Below the pieces are notes generated by a model. That model was not told where the DNA came from. It worked only from the letters and a program-made list of their open reading frames with translations, and searched no databases. Below, in pieces: positions 27,731 to 37,032 of a stretch of 64,000 nucleotides of DNA. The translations under genes and the position numbers were made by a program. Position 1 is the stretch's first letter, and the number at the start of each line of letters is the position of its first letter. This DNA is from an uncultured Gammaproteobacteria bacterium (GTDB lineage: Bacteria > Patescibacteriota > Microgenomatia > Levybacterales > UBA12049), in contig CAYPAU010000001.1 in NCBI GenBank assembly GCA_964408825.1, positions 76,789-140,788 on the forward strand, written 5' to 3'.

Positions 27731-28109
27731 TATCCTTCGCCAAGGCTACGGAATAGCATGCAATTACGAAGCTGAGAGCGAAGTATTACATGCACTATTG
27801 TTATGTATTGTTGAGTTCAAAATCTCATATTTTTTATTTTGGTTCAACAAATAACTTGAAAAGCAGATTAAAATCGCATAACAATGGGAGTATTAAATCA
27901 ACTAGACCACATAGGCCTTGGGATTTAATTTGGTACGCCGGATTCAAAACCGAAAAAGAAGCAAGAGATTTTGAGCTTTATCTAAAATCTGGTTCAGGAA
28001 GATCGTTTGCCTACAAAAGATTAATTTCCGTAACGTTGAAGAAGGATTTCTCTGATGGGCGAAGAAGTAGTCCGAAGTCTAAGACGTAGGATACCAAGCC
28101 CAGCAGCTA
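27731..28109 (+). mobile_element. About 360-bp GIY-YIG cassette inserted at the tRNA-Gln 3' end. The 16-bp direct repeat CCAAGCCCAGCAGCTA sits at 27717-27732 and 28094-28109; imperfect inverted ends are TATCCTTCGCC and GACGTAGGATA.
   Basis: Exact 16-nt duplication of the tRNA 3' end 362 bp downstream. The second copy has no upstream T-arm, so it is not a tRNA. Confidence 0.5.
27790..28089 (+). CDS. GIY-YIG nuclease family protein (YhbQ/UPF0213-like, 99 aa)
   Basis: YCYVLLSSKSHIFYFGSTNNLKSRLKSHN is a GIY-YIG motif, followed by the family's downstream Arg/Glu helix. Confidence 0.75.
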   Translation: MHYCYVLLSSKSHIFYFGSTNNLKSRLKSHNNGSIKSTRPHRPWDLIWYAGFKTEKEARDFELYLKSGSGRSFAYKRLISVTLKKDFSDGRRSSPKSKT

Positions 28110-28190
28110 CGACGGGTAACCTTGTTAACTAGTTATTTTTGTTATTCTTAGAGAAGGCGGAGATAAAAAAGGATGGGGAAAAATAAAGTA

Positions 28191-28610
28191 TTAAAATACT
28201 CTTCGCCTTCCTGCGATTCTTTCTTGAATACTTTCTCTAAAGTCAGGAGAATCTCGAAAAACAACTGCGCTTTGGATGACACCTTCTATTTGAAGTCCCG
28301 TAACCTTACTGTCTCCTAATTCTTGAATTTCTAAATATACTTGCTGTTGTTGGGGAGACATATGATAAAAGGCTGGATCATGCTTCCATCTTGGTGCGCC
28401 ATATTGCACTAATCTTAAGTCTTCCGGAAATATATCTGGAACTGACTGTAGAATTTTTATAATCTGGTTACTGGAAGCAAAGCTCACTCTCCTTATTCTA
28501 GAACGTCCCCAACGAAAACAAAAAGCTTCCAGAATTTCACTTCTTGGATTTCCTAACTGATCTAACAGACTTGGTGTTTTCTCACCTGTCTCGTGTTCTC
28601 CTTGCACCAT
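28191..28610 (-). CDS. Hypothetical protein (139 aa)
   Basis: ORF with somewhat elevated GC, immediately downstream of the tRNA-Gln cassette. Confidence 0.35.
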   Translation of the reverse strand: MVQGEHETGEKTPSLLDQLGNPRSEILEAFCFRWGRSRIRRVSFASSNQIIKILQSVPDIFPEDLRLVQYGAPRWKHDPAFYHMSPQQQQVYLEIQELGDSKVTGLQIEGVIQSAVVFRDSPDFRESIQERIAGRRRVF

Positions 28611-28665
28611 ATTATATTACGCGGGAGAAATTATATCCTATATAGCTTATACTTGCAAATTTTGT

Positions 28666-29742
28666 TTAGTCTATTATTGTCTCGGGGTAGAAGGAGGACC
28701 AGGAGTACCAGAAGGCCTGCGTATGGAAAGGTGCCTCCAGTTTTTTTCCTTTTAAGTTTCCAGAGACAGCATTGCCATTGTAATCCCAGACACTTTTTGT
28801 TTCCTTGTCGATAAGTTTTCCGTCTCTTATTTCAAAGGTTAATCTTTTCCCATCAATAAATCTCCGAAAGATTTTATGCGAACCAAGTTCTTCATCGAAA
28901 ACTACCAAAACAGCCCATGGGCCCACTACGGAATTAATTACCTTTTGCCTCTCAATAAAACTCGTTGGAAAAAACTTTTCTTCTTTTCCTATTACAATGC
29001 CCAGTCCATTTGCAAATTCAGAGAGGCGCGCGTCCGGTTGTTTTCCCGGAGGAAGAGAAGCGAGTCCTATATTTGAATTTTTATAGATAATATATCGACT
29101 GCGATAAAACTCAATATCTTTTTGCGGGGAGAGGACCAGAAGATCTCTGCGGTCTTTGATATTTTTCCATTTTGTTTGTTCTGTAAAGCCTATTGGTTCA
29201 AGTCTTTTTCCAGAAAATTTTCCGCGGAAAGATTCACCAGTCAGTTGTAGCCAATACGTATCACTTACCTTGTCATACATAATTAAATTCCCGTAATATA
29301 ATGCTCCTAAAACTCCAAATTCAAGAGTTTCTCCCTCAAGCTCTCTTGAGAAGGCCGCCGGAGTGTTTGAAAGAAGACAATAAGTTATGGCAACTGGTAT
29401 CCCTTCGATATTATCATTTACGATATGGTGGAAGGTCATAATAGAAATAGGGTAGACATAAGTCTTATTTTTTGCTTGAAAGAGAAAAACGTCTTCGTCG
29501 TCTTTTATGAAACTACCAGCTTCTTTTGAATCCACATACTTAGGGTTTACAATATCGGGGAATAAATCCTTCTCAGGCCCTCCCCACATCTCCTCAGCGT
29601 TTAAATTTGTTTTGTTAGAAAATTGAGAAAGCTTTTCAGAAGCTTTAATTGTTTGAAAACTATAGAAATCCCATAAAAAAATTATTCCCACTAAAATAAG
29701 AAGAAGAGTTATACGAGCTATATACTTTCTCAACATAAGCAC
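28666..29742 (-). CDS. DUF3179 domain protein (N-terminal transmembrane helix)
   Basis: VAITYCLLSNTPAAFSRELEGETLEFGVLGALYYGNLIMYDKVSDTYWLQ matches the DUF3179 core pattern. Confidence 0.55.
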   Translation of the reverse strand: MLMLRKYIARITLLLILVGIIFLWDFYSFQTIKASEKLSQFSNKTNLNAEEMWGGPEKDLFPDIVNPKYVDSKEAGSFIKDDEDVFLFQAKNKTYVYPISIMTFHHIVNDNIEGIPVAITYCLLSNTPAAFSRELEGETLEFGVLGALYYGNLIMYDKVSDTYWLQLTGESFRGKFSGKRLEPIGFTEQTKWKNIKDRRDLLVLSPQKDIEFYRSRYIIYKNSNIGLASLPPGKQPDARLSEFANGLGIVIGKEEKFFPTSFIERQKVINSVVGPWAVLVVFDEELGSHKIFRRFIDGKRLTFEIRDGKLIDKETKSVWDYNGNAVSGNLKGKKLEAPFHTQAFWYSWSSFYPETIID

Positions 29743-29809
29743 TTTTGGTATTATAACTGACTATTTAGCAATTTGACATTCCGGAAATAAAAAGAATACT
29801 ATAGTATAG

Positions 29810-31462
29810 ATGAAAGGTATTCTTGCGATATTTTTGCTTTTGGTTTTAGGCGCTGCATTTCTTCTAATATCCGGCTCTCCATTTTCCAAAATGCTTCAGG
29901 AGGACCTTTTAAAGAAATTACCCTCTCCCGGAAAATCAACAAAAACGATTATTCTATCCGATGAAGACGTAAAGAAATTAAAAGAAATTCCTCAAAAAAC
30001 AATTATAAAGCTGGATGTCTCAAAGACGCTCGAGTTTGAAGGAAAAAAATATTATCTTATTGGTAAGGATGTAGGAACCTCCATTCTTACTACAGCTCCA
30101 AAGAGTCAAAAAGGATGGGGGGTTTTAACCGGAGTTAAACTTTCCCACCCTGATTATAAGAAAATCTATAAGCCGACAGATCCCTGCCCTTTATATCAGA
30201 ATGCTTCAAATCAGAATGCCCCTGCGGCTCCCTGCGCCAATCATAAAGGCGTTACTCTTGCGGGACATCTTTATGCACTAAAGACAGTGGTAAATCAGAG
30301 CAGAACAGACAATGACCCTATACATGCATATAACATTTTCGACGTATATTACGAGAAACCTATGTTGTCCCAGGCAGCGGAAAAGGAACAGGAATACCCC
30401 ATCTACAATAGCGGCGGAGTATCGGGACCGGTAGTTGTATCAGGAGGCAGTGGGCTTGAGGTCGAGCTCGATGAGTCAGTTACCCCACCGGTTCTTAGAG
30501 TTAGCGGAGTTTTTTTAGGAATAAAACTCCCTAATGAAACGGCAGAAAAAGAATTTACGCTTCAAGGCAAGAATATTAAAACACAAAGCGAGGCAGCAAA
30601 AGAGTTTTCTTACCTGGGGAAGCTAAGCGATATAAGCTCGACTCCTCTTGAGAATGGTGATCCTTCAACGCTTCATGTTTACTATAAAGAACCATATGCG
30701 TACCTTACGGATTTAAATCCGGATGAGCTAAAGAAAAGAATAGGAGATGATCTTAAGTTTGTAAGTGGAGCTGATTTTGGTCAGGCTGAAGATGAAAAGA
30801 ACAATCTTCAGCTTAGGGCATTTACTCCTCAAAGACCTACGATCCCCTTTGATGTGTATATTCTTTCCGATCTTTCCGTCCTAAAGCCTGTATTAGGTTA
30901 TGTAAGACCTACGATAACCAATCTTCATATCGGTGTTCCTGAGTGCCCGGCTCTCTATCTTTATGGGCAGAATGGTCAAAAGTTCACCGTTTCTCTTCCT
31001 CAAGATGCTATAGATACAATCCCTATCACCTCGGACTTTTGGGAAGGAACAATTGTGCCCGGTGGGGTAGAAATCGGAAAGAAATTTTACAATTATTTGT
31101 TTTACACAGTAAAGCCAGATTTGGTAAGTTTGCCTCAAAAAGAAGGGTGGGTGATATCTGAAGGAGAGTGGTACACATTGAAATCAAAATTAAGAATGGT
31201 TGGGTTTAACCAAAGAGAAAGTGAAGATGCAGTTGATTATCTACAGACTGCGGTGCCTCCTTCCCCGTACTATCTTATCTCGGTAAATCTTAATAGCCAA
31301 AACTATCCTTTGTCGATAACTCCAAGACCGGATACCTTCCTTCATTACCAGATAGTTGTAAAGTCTCTTGATAAACCGGTTTCGGTTTCTCCCCCTTCAA
31401 AGATTAGTCCCAAACGCGAGGGTTTTGCTGCTGTAATGTGGGAGGAGAAAATTATTCACTAA
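29810..31462 (+). CDS. Hypothetical secreted protein (550 aa, signal peptide)
   Basis: N-terminal hydrophobic signal; no recognisable domain. Confidence 0.4.
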   Translation: MKGILAIFLLLVLGAAFLLISGSPFSKMLQEDLLKKLPSPGKSTKTIILSDEDVKKLKEIPQKTIIKLDVSKTLEFEGKKYYLIGKDVGTSILTTAPKSQKGWGVLTGVKLSHPDYKKIYKPTDPCPLYQNASNQNAPAAPCANHKGVTLAGHLYALKTVVNQSRTDNDPIHAYNIFDVYYEKPMLSQAAEKEQEYPIYNSGGVSGPVVVSGGSGLEVELDESVTPPVLRVSGVFLGIKLPNETAEKEFTLQGKNIKTQSEAAKEFSYLGKLSDISSTPLENGDPSTLHVYYKEPYAYLTDLNPDELKKRIGDDLKFVSGADFGQAEDEKNNLQLRAFTPQRPTIPFDVYILSDLSVLKPVLGYVRPTITNLHIGVPECPALYLYGQNGQKFTVSLPQDAIDTIPITSDFWEGTIVPGGVEIGKKFYNYLFYTVKPDLVSLPQKEGWVISEGEWYTLKSKLRMVGFNQRESEDAVDYLQTAVPPSPYYLISVNLNSQNYPLSITPRPDTFLHYQIVVKSLDKPVSVSPPSKISPKREGFAAVMWEEKIIH

Positions 31463-31985
31463 ACTTAAGGTTTTGAAGATTCCGAAGTTGCAATTCTATA
31501 TTCCTATCTTCTTTCGGTCCGTAGGAAACAAGTAATCTATCTTCGTTTTTGATCTCCCTATCAAGAGTCTTATCATCTTTCGCCCCATTTATAAAAAATT
31601 TAAGTGTATGCGTTTGATTTGAGCAAAATACTTGTCCGGTTCCTGTCGTAATACAAGTTTTTTCAAGTTTCATAGGCAATGTTTTGAAAAAATCATTCCA
31701 AGTAACTCCTTTTTTTATGACATTAATAACACTTGGATTACCAGAACTTATAAAAACATCTTCTGAGCGATTATGATACCGAGGATCAGTAAATATGCGA
31801 AATGTCCCATTGGTATAAATAGCAAAAGTAGCTTCAGTTTTGCCTCTTGTATCCGAAGATGGGGTACTCGATATATTATTTGTCGGAGCAGAAATAGTGG
31901 GATAATTGGTTTGATTTTTAAATAACAGATAGCTTGCGCCGGCCAGTACGATTGCTGAGACAAAAAATCCAAGCAAATATTTCAT
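31452..31985 (-). CDS. Hypothetical secreted or lipoprotein-like protein (177 aa)
   Basis: N-terminal signal/transmembrane segment with a Ser/Thr-rich linker. Confidence 0.4.
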   Translation of the reverse strand: MKYLLGFFVSAIVLAGASYLLFKNQTNYPTISAPTNNISSTPSSDTRGKTEATFAIYTNGTFRIFTDPRYHNRSEDVFISSGNPSVINVIKKGVTWNDFFKTLPMKLEKTCITTGTGQVFCSNQTHTLKFFINGAKDDKTLDREIKNEDRLLVSYGPKEDRNIELQLRNLQNLKFSE

Positions 31986-32044
31986 AATACATTCTATATT
32001 AACACATAGAAAAGAATATCTATTCCTGATACAATTTAAAATCT

Positions 32045-33226
32045 ATGATTGACAAGAAACTCTTCGTTTTACTTTTGGTAGTTTTTATTGATCTTTTGGG
32101 ATTTGGAATAGTAATACCCATACTCCCTATCTTAATTGAAAGAATCGGTGGGGGAGCATTTATGGTAGGAGTTATAATCTCCATTTTTTCTCTTTTCCAG
32201 TTTATTTTTGCTCCCATACTTGGAAGACTGTCTGATAAATACGGCAGAAGACCAATCCTTATACTGACTGCTTTTATAAATTCTTTATCTTATTTCCTGA
32301 TTTTCTTTTCACAAAGTTTATTTATTATCCTCGCTGCCCGAATTATTGCAGGTATCGGAAGTGCCAATCTCTCGGTTGCTACAGCCTATGTTGCAGATAC
32401 ATCCAAGTCCCATGAAAGAACAAAAAAGATGGCATTAATCGGTTCAATATTTGGATTGGGTTTCATCATAGGCCCTCTTATAGGAGGAGTCGCATCTGAA
32501 AAAATTTCAACAAGCGCACCCTTTTTGATACCGGCGATTTTGTCATTAGTCAATACTGTTTTAATGTTCTTTGTCTTACCCGAATCAAATAAAATTCTTC
32601 AAAAGCATATAAAAATCGAGCTTTTTAGCTTAAGAGTTACCAGAGAAGTATTGCGTCCCAAGAATATGTCTTTCCTTCTTTTTCTTTTCTTCTTTGCAAA
32701 TTTGGCCCTTGCACTTATTATAGGCGTCTTTCCTCTGTTCTCACATGAGAGGTTCGGCTGGAATGAAGCTCAAAACGGTTACTACTTCGGTCTTATAGGA
32801 GTGGGGTCTTTTATAACTCAGGCATTTTTAATAAGATTTCTCTTGAAAAGATTTGACGAGACACAACTTATTAGACTTTCTCTTTTGGTTTTTGGTATCT
32901 CTATACTAATAGTAGGGTTTTCCCATTGGGGACTTTTGACGCTTTTTATCGGGCCATTTACTTCTTTTGGTTTTAGTCTCACAAACGTAAATGTTCAGTC
33001 TCTTATATCTTTAGAATCCAAACAGGACGAGCAGGGGATAGTCCTTGGTGTCGCACAATCTTTTGGCTCTATGGCAAGAGTTATCGGCCCTTTGATAGGC
33101 GGAACAATTGCAACTCTTAATTTGGGAGCCCCCTATATCGTTTCAGGGATCTTTACTATTCTTATTCTCGTCTTCGGCCAGAATTATTTAAAATATATAA
33201 AAGCAACGAGAAAGGCAACGAAGTAA
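32045..33226 (+). CDS. MFS transporter (drug:H+ antiporter-like)
   Basis: 12-transmembrane topology and MFS motif GRLSDKYGRRPILIL. Confidence 0.8.
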   Translation: MIDKKLFVLLLVVFIDLLGFGIVIPILPILIERIGGGAFMVGVIISIFSLFQFIFAPILGRLSDKYGRRPILILTAFINSLSYFLIFFSQSLFIILAARIIAGIGSANLSVATAYVADTSKSHERTKKMALIGSIFGLGFIIGPLIGGVASEKISTSAPFLIPAILSLVNTVLMFFVLPESNKILQKHIKIELFSLRVTREVLRPKNMSFLLFLFFFANLALALIIGVFPLFSHERFGWNEAQNGYYFGLIGVGSFITQAFLIRFLLKRFDETQLIRLSLLVFGISILIVGFSHWGLLTLFIGPFTSFGFSLTNVNVQSLISLESKQDEQGIVLGVAQSFGSMARVIGPLIGGTIATLNLGAPYIVSGIFTILILVFGQNYLKYIKATRKATK

Positions 33227-33235
33227 AGATATTTC

Positions 33236-33358
33236 ATGAAAAAATATAACTATATTTTATTCGATTGGGATGGTTGTCTGGGAAGAACGCTTGAAGTCCA
33301 CCTAGATAGCTATAAAAGAAACAAAAGAAGACAAAACCTATATGGGGATGCCCTATAA
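33236..33358 (+). pseudogene. Remnant of a HAD-family hydrolase gene (N-terminal 40 codons only)
   Basis: MKKYNYILFDWDGCLGRTLEVHLDS carries HAD motif I (hhhDxDGxL), then stops after 40 aa. Confidence 0.35.
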
Positions 33359-33412
33359 AGGTAAATCCTAATTTTTGTTTCCTAATCTAGAAAGAGTTTT
33401 TTTAAAAGAGAG

Positions 33413-33754
33413 TTAATAAGACCTTCCTCCTCTTGAGCCTCCTCCGCGTCTATCACTGCCCCTGTCCCCGCCTCGGAAGTTTCCTCCTCCAAAGTTTTCT
33501 CTGGGGACCATTGGTTTGGCTTCGTTTACAGTAATTGCTCTTCCGTCAAGTGTTTGACCATTGAGTTTTTCGATTGCATCTTTTGCTTCTTGTTCATTTG
33601 ACATTTCAACAAATCCAAATCCCTTTGATCTTCCGGAATATTTGTCTTTTATGATAGTTGCAGATACAACGTTTCCTGCTTGGGCAAAAAAGTTTTTAAG
33701 AGAGTCTTCGGTGGAATCCCAAGAGATTCCCCCAACAAACAGTTTAGTTGCCAT
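33413..33754 (-). CDS. RRM-type glycine-rich RNA-binding protein
   Basis: RNP2 LFVGGISW and RNP1 KGFGFVEM, with a C-terminal RGG/Gly-rich tail. Strong RBS GGAGGTGATTAATTAATG. Confidence 0.8.
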   Translation of the reverse strand: MATKLFVGGISWDSTEDSLKNFFAQAGNVVSATIIKDKYSGRSKGFGFVEMSNEQEAKDAIEKLNGQTLDGRAITVNEAKPMVPRENFGGGNFRGGDRGSDRRGGGSRGGRSY

Positions 33755-33946
33755 TAATTAATCACCTCCATTCTTTTATGAACCTGTACGAACACTTACT
33801 TCCTTAGACAACATCTGTTTATCGGGATATGCTAAAAGAAGAATGGGTACAAGATTACAATATTAGGACCTATTATACACTATATTTTTAGGAAAACCAA
33901 CAAGAATTGCTCTAAGACTTCCCATTCTGTTATTCTAGATATTGGA

Positions 33947-36367
33947 ATGGATAAAAATCAAGCTTTAATTTTATGGTTTAACGAGCTGTCTCTTGCCGAT
34001 GTAGGTTTGGTAGGCGGAAAAAATGCTTCCTTGGGAGAGATGTATTCCAACTTAACAAATCAGGGAATAGACGTTCCTGATGGTTTTGCAATAACGGCTT
34101 ATGCTTACAGATTGTTTCTTCAAAAGGCAGGACTTGAAAATCAAATACAAGAAATTCTTTTTAAGCTTAAAAAAGATGATGTCGAAGATTTAAGAACAAG
34201 AGGGGAGAAAATAAGAAATCTTATTCTTTCTGCAAATCTTCCTTTGGAGCTTATCCAAGAGATAAAAAAAGCCTATCAAAAATTGTCTGAAGTTTACGGG
34301 GAAAATACAGATGTTGCGGTAAGGTCATCCGCAACTGCCGAGGATCTTCCGGGCGCATCGTTTGCAGGAGAGCAGGAGACTTTTTTAAATATCAAAGGAT
34401 CGGATAATCTTTTGGATGCGGTAAGAAAATGTTTTGCTTCACTTTTTACAGACCGCGCAATCTCATATAGAGAGGATAAGGGATTTCCCCATCTTAAAGT
34501 TTATCTTTCCGTAGGAGTTCAAAAAATGGCAAGGTCGGACCTTGCCTCATCGGGTGTTGCATTTACCATAGATACGGAAACCGGATTTGACAAGGTGGTA
34601 ATTATAAATAGCTCTTACGGGCTTGGTGAGGCAGTTGTTCAAGGTAAGGTGACTCCCGATGAGTTTGTAATTTTTAAACCTGCTCTTGAAAAGGGACTCT
34701 CGGCAATTATCTCAAAAAAACTTGGAGAAAAAAATACAAGGATCGTTTATGGAGAGGGTGGTTCCACCAAAGAGGAAGAAGTACCATCTGATCTTAAGGA
34801 CAAATTTTCAATAAGCGATGAAGAGGCGCTCACGCTTTCTAAGTGGTGTGTAAAAATAGAGAAATATTTTTCAGAAAAATACGGAAAGTATCAGCCCATG
34901 GATATTGAATGGGCCAAAGACGGTAAACTTAATAAACTTTTTATCATACAAGCCCGTCCTGAAACAGTTCAGTCAATAAAGAAAGAAAAAGCTTTTGAGG
35001 AGTATAAACTTCTTAAGACAGGCAAGATTCTTATAAAAGGAATTGCGGTGGGTACAAAGATAGCGACCGGCACAGTAAGGGTTTTGGAAACGGCAGAGGA
35101 GATAAACAAAATAAAAAAAGGAGACGTTCTGGTTACAAAAATTACAGATCCCGACTGGGAGCCTGTCATGAAAGTGGCATCGGCAATCATAACAGATGAG
35201 GGAGGAAGAACCAGCCATGCCGCAATTGTTTCAAGAGAATTGGGGATACCCTGTATTGTCGGAGCAGGAAATGCTACGACTATTTTAAAAGAAGCTGGTG
35301 AGATAACAGTTGATTGTTCAAGCGGAGGGGAGGGGATTGTCTATGAAGGGAGATTAAAATTTTCCGTGACTTCGCATAAGCTTTCGGATCTTCCCAAGCC
35401 AAAAACAAAAGTGATGGTAAATATAGGTTCTCCGGATGAAGCGTTCAAGTATTTTTATCTTCCTGTTCAGGGCGTTGGTCTTGGTCGAATCGAATTTATA
35501 ATAAACAATGTTATAAAGATTCACCCAAATTCTTTAATTAATTTTGAGGAGATTAAAAGAGATCCTAAGAAAGCGGATTTAATTGAGAAAATTGAAAGAC
35601 AGACTAGGGGATATCAGGATAAAAAAGAATTTTATGTCGATAAACTTTCAGAGGGGATTGCAAAAATTGCCGCGTCTTTCTGGCCCCATGATGTAATTAT
35701 AAGATTTTCCGATTTTAAGACCAATGAGTACAGAATGCTTTTGGGAGGAAGTATGTATGAGCCGGAGGAACAGAATCCGATGCTTGGTTTCAGAGGCGCA
35801 TCAAGATATTATAATCCTGACTTTAGACAAGCCTTCGGACTTGAATGCCGGGCAATCTTAAGAGTAAGAGAAAAGATGGGACTTTCAAATGTAGTTCCTA
35901 TGATTCCATTTTTAAGAACCTTAGAAGAAACAGAAAAAGTAATAAATACCATGAATGAGTTTGGTTTATCTAGAGAAAAAGACTCAAGCCTTCGGATTTA
36001 TATGATGTGTGAGATTCCTTCCAATATAATTTTGGCGGAGGAATTTTTAAAATTTTTTGACGGGTTTTCTATCGGGTCCAACGATCTTTCGCAGCTAACG
36101 CTTGGCATAGACAGGGACTCAAATATTGTAGATAAAGTCGGGAACGAAAATGATGAGGCTGTAAGAAAACTTATAAAAGAGGCAATAGAAATTTGTTTAA
36201 TGAAGAACAAATATATAGGAATCTGCGGGCAGGCTCCTTCCGATTTCCCGGATTTTACAGAGTTTCTTATTAAAAACAAAATAGACAGTATTTCCCTTAA
36301 TCCCGATTCGATTCTCAGAATGCTAAATGTAATCTTTCAAGCCGAGAGGAAGATTTCCGATCTGTAA
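33947..36367 (+). CDS. ppsA: Phosphoenolpyruvate synthase (pyruvate, water dikinase)
   Basis: N-terminal ATP-grasp VGGKNASLGEMY, phospho-His domain GGRTSHAAIVSRELGIPCIVG, C-terminal PEP-utilising domain; 806 aa. Confidence 0.9.
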   Translation: MDKNQALILWFNELSLADVGLVGGKNASLGEMYSNLTNQGIDVPDGFAITAYAYRLFLQKAGLENQIQEILFKLKKDDVEDLRTRGEKIRNLILSANLPLELIQEIKKAYQKLSEVYGENTDVAVRSSATAEDLPGASFAGEQETFLNIKGSDNLLDAVRKCFASLFTDRAISYREDKGFPHLKVYLSVGVQKMARSDLASSGVAFTIDTETGFDKVVIINSSYGLGEAVVQGKVTPDEFVIFKPALEKGLSAIISKKLGEKNTRIVYGEGGSTKEEEVPSDLKDKFSISDEEALTLSKWCVKIEKYFSEKYGKYQPMDIEWAKDGKLNKLFIIQARPETVQSIKKEKAFEEYKLLKTGKILIKGIAVGTKIATGTVRVLETAEEINKIKKGDVLVTKITDPDWEPVMKVASAIITDEGGRTSHAAIVSRELGIPCIVGAGNATTILKEAGEITVDCSSGGEGIVYEGRLKFSVTSHKLSDLPKPKTKVMVNIGSPDEAFKYFYLPVQGVGLGRIEFIINNVIKIHPNSLINFEEIKRDPKKADLIEKIERQTRGYQDKKEFYVDKLSEGIAKIAASFWPHDVIIRFSDFKTNEYRMLLGGSMYEPEEQNPMLGFRGASRYYNPDFRQAFGLECRAILRVREKMGLSNVVPMIPFLRTLEETEKVINTMNEFGLSREKDSSLRIYMMCEIPSNIILAEEFLKFFDGFSIGSNDLSQLTLGIDRDSNIVDKVGNENDEAVRKLIKEAIEICLMKNKYIGICGQAPSDFPDFTEFLIKNKIDSISLNPDSILRMLNVIFQAERKISDL

Positions 36368-36371
36368 AAAT

Positions 36372-36800
36372 TTACTGCATTCTTTCCAGAAATTCGGCTG
36401 GTGTTAGGATGCTGATCTTTTTATACTCGCCTAATTCCAAAAGCTCTTTGTCCCCCGTAACGATATATTGACACCTTCCTTCTATCGCCGCCTCAAGAAC
36501 TCTGTTGTCATCCTTATCTTCAGTAATGTTTAGCGTCGTGCTTGGATGAACTTTTTTAAAATTTTTTTTAATAATTCTTTCAAATTGATCAATTCTTCTG
36601 GTTTCGAAATTAAACTTTTTGGCTAGTGTTTCTACGAGTTCTGATATTAAAACAGGGGAAGTTATTGCAATAATTTTCCCCTCAATCACTAAATCGTAAA
36701 TCTTCTGAGGTTTTCCTCCAAAAACATGCGCTGAGATAAGAACATTTGTGTCTAAGAGGACTCTAGGAGGATTTTTTGCCATGCCTATACTCCCAGACAA
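36372..36800 (-). CDS. PIN-domain toxin (VapC-like)
   Basis: VLLDTNVLISA acidic N-terminal motif and the PIN fold (...ITGDKELLEL). Confidence 0.75.
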   Translation of the reverse strand: MSGSIGMAKNPPRVLLDTNVLISAHVFGGKPQKIYDLVIEGKIIAITSPVLISELVETLAKKFNFETRRIDQFERIIKKNFKKVHPSTTLNITEDKDDNRVLEAAIEGRCQYIVTGDKELLELGEYKKISILTPAEFLERMQ

Positions 36801-37014
36801 TTTTATTTACATCTTCCTCGCTTTTAATGCCCATCTTCTTACCAACAGTCTTTCCATATGCTAAAAGATCATCCCACTCCTGTTTTTTTTCCAAATACGA
36901 TCTTAAAGCTTCTCTGATAAGCTCACTTCTGTTTCTATATTCTTTTTTAGCCCTTTTATCTACTTCTTTTATTAGTTCTCTAGGCAGAGCAATATTTAAA
37001 GTTTTTGTTTGCAT
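36763..37014 (-). CDS. Ribbon-helix-helix (CopG-like) antitoxin
   Basis: MQTKTLNIALPRELIKEVDKRAKKEYRNRSELIREALRSYL. Overlaps the PIN gene by 38 nt. The ATG at 37014 sits downstream of the predicted promoter; the ORF-track start at 37044 would be upstream of the transcription start. Confidence 0.6.
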   Translation of the reverse strand: MQTKTLNIALPRELIKEVDKRAKKEYRNRSELIREALRSYLEKKQEWDDLLAYGKTVGKKMGIKSEEDVNKIVWEYRHGKKSS

Positions 37015-37032
37015 AGATTCGATCCCCTCACT

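Noticed and set aside
28094-28109. Second tRNA gene downstream of the GIY-YIG ORFs (also at 46110-46126)
   Set aside because: Only the last 16-17 nt of the tRNA are present. Upstream sequence lacks T-, anticodon- and D-arms, so these are partial duplications, not genes.
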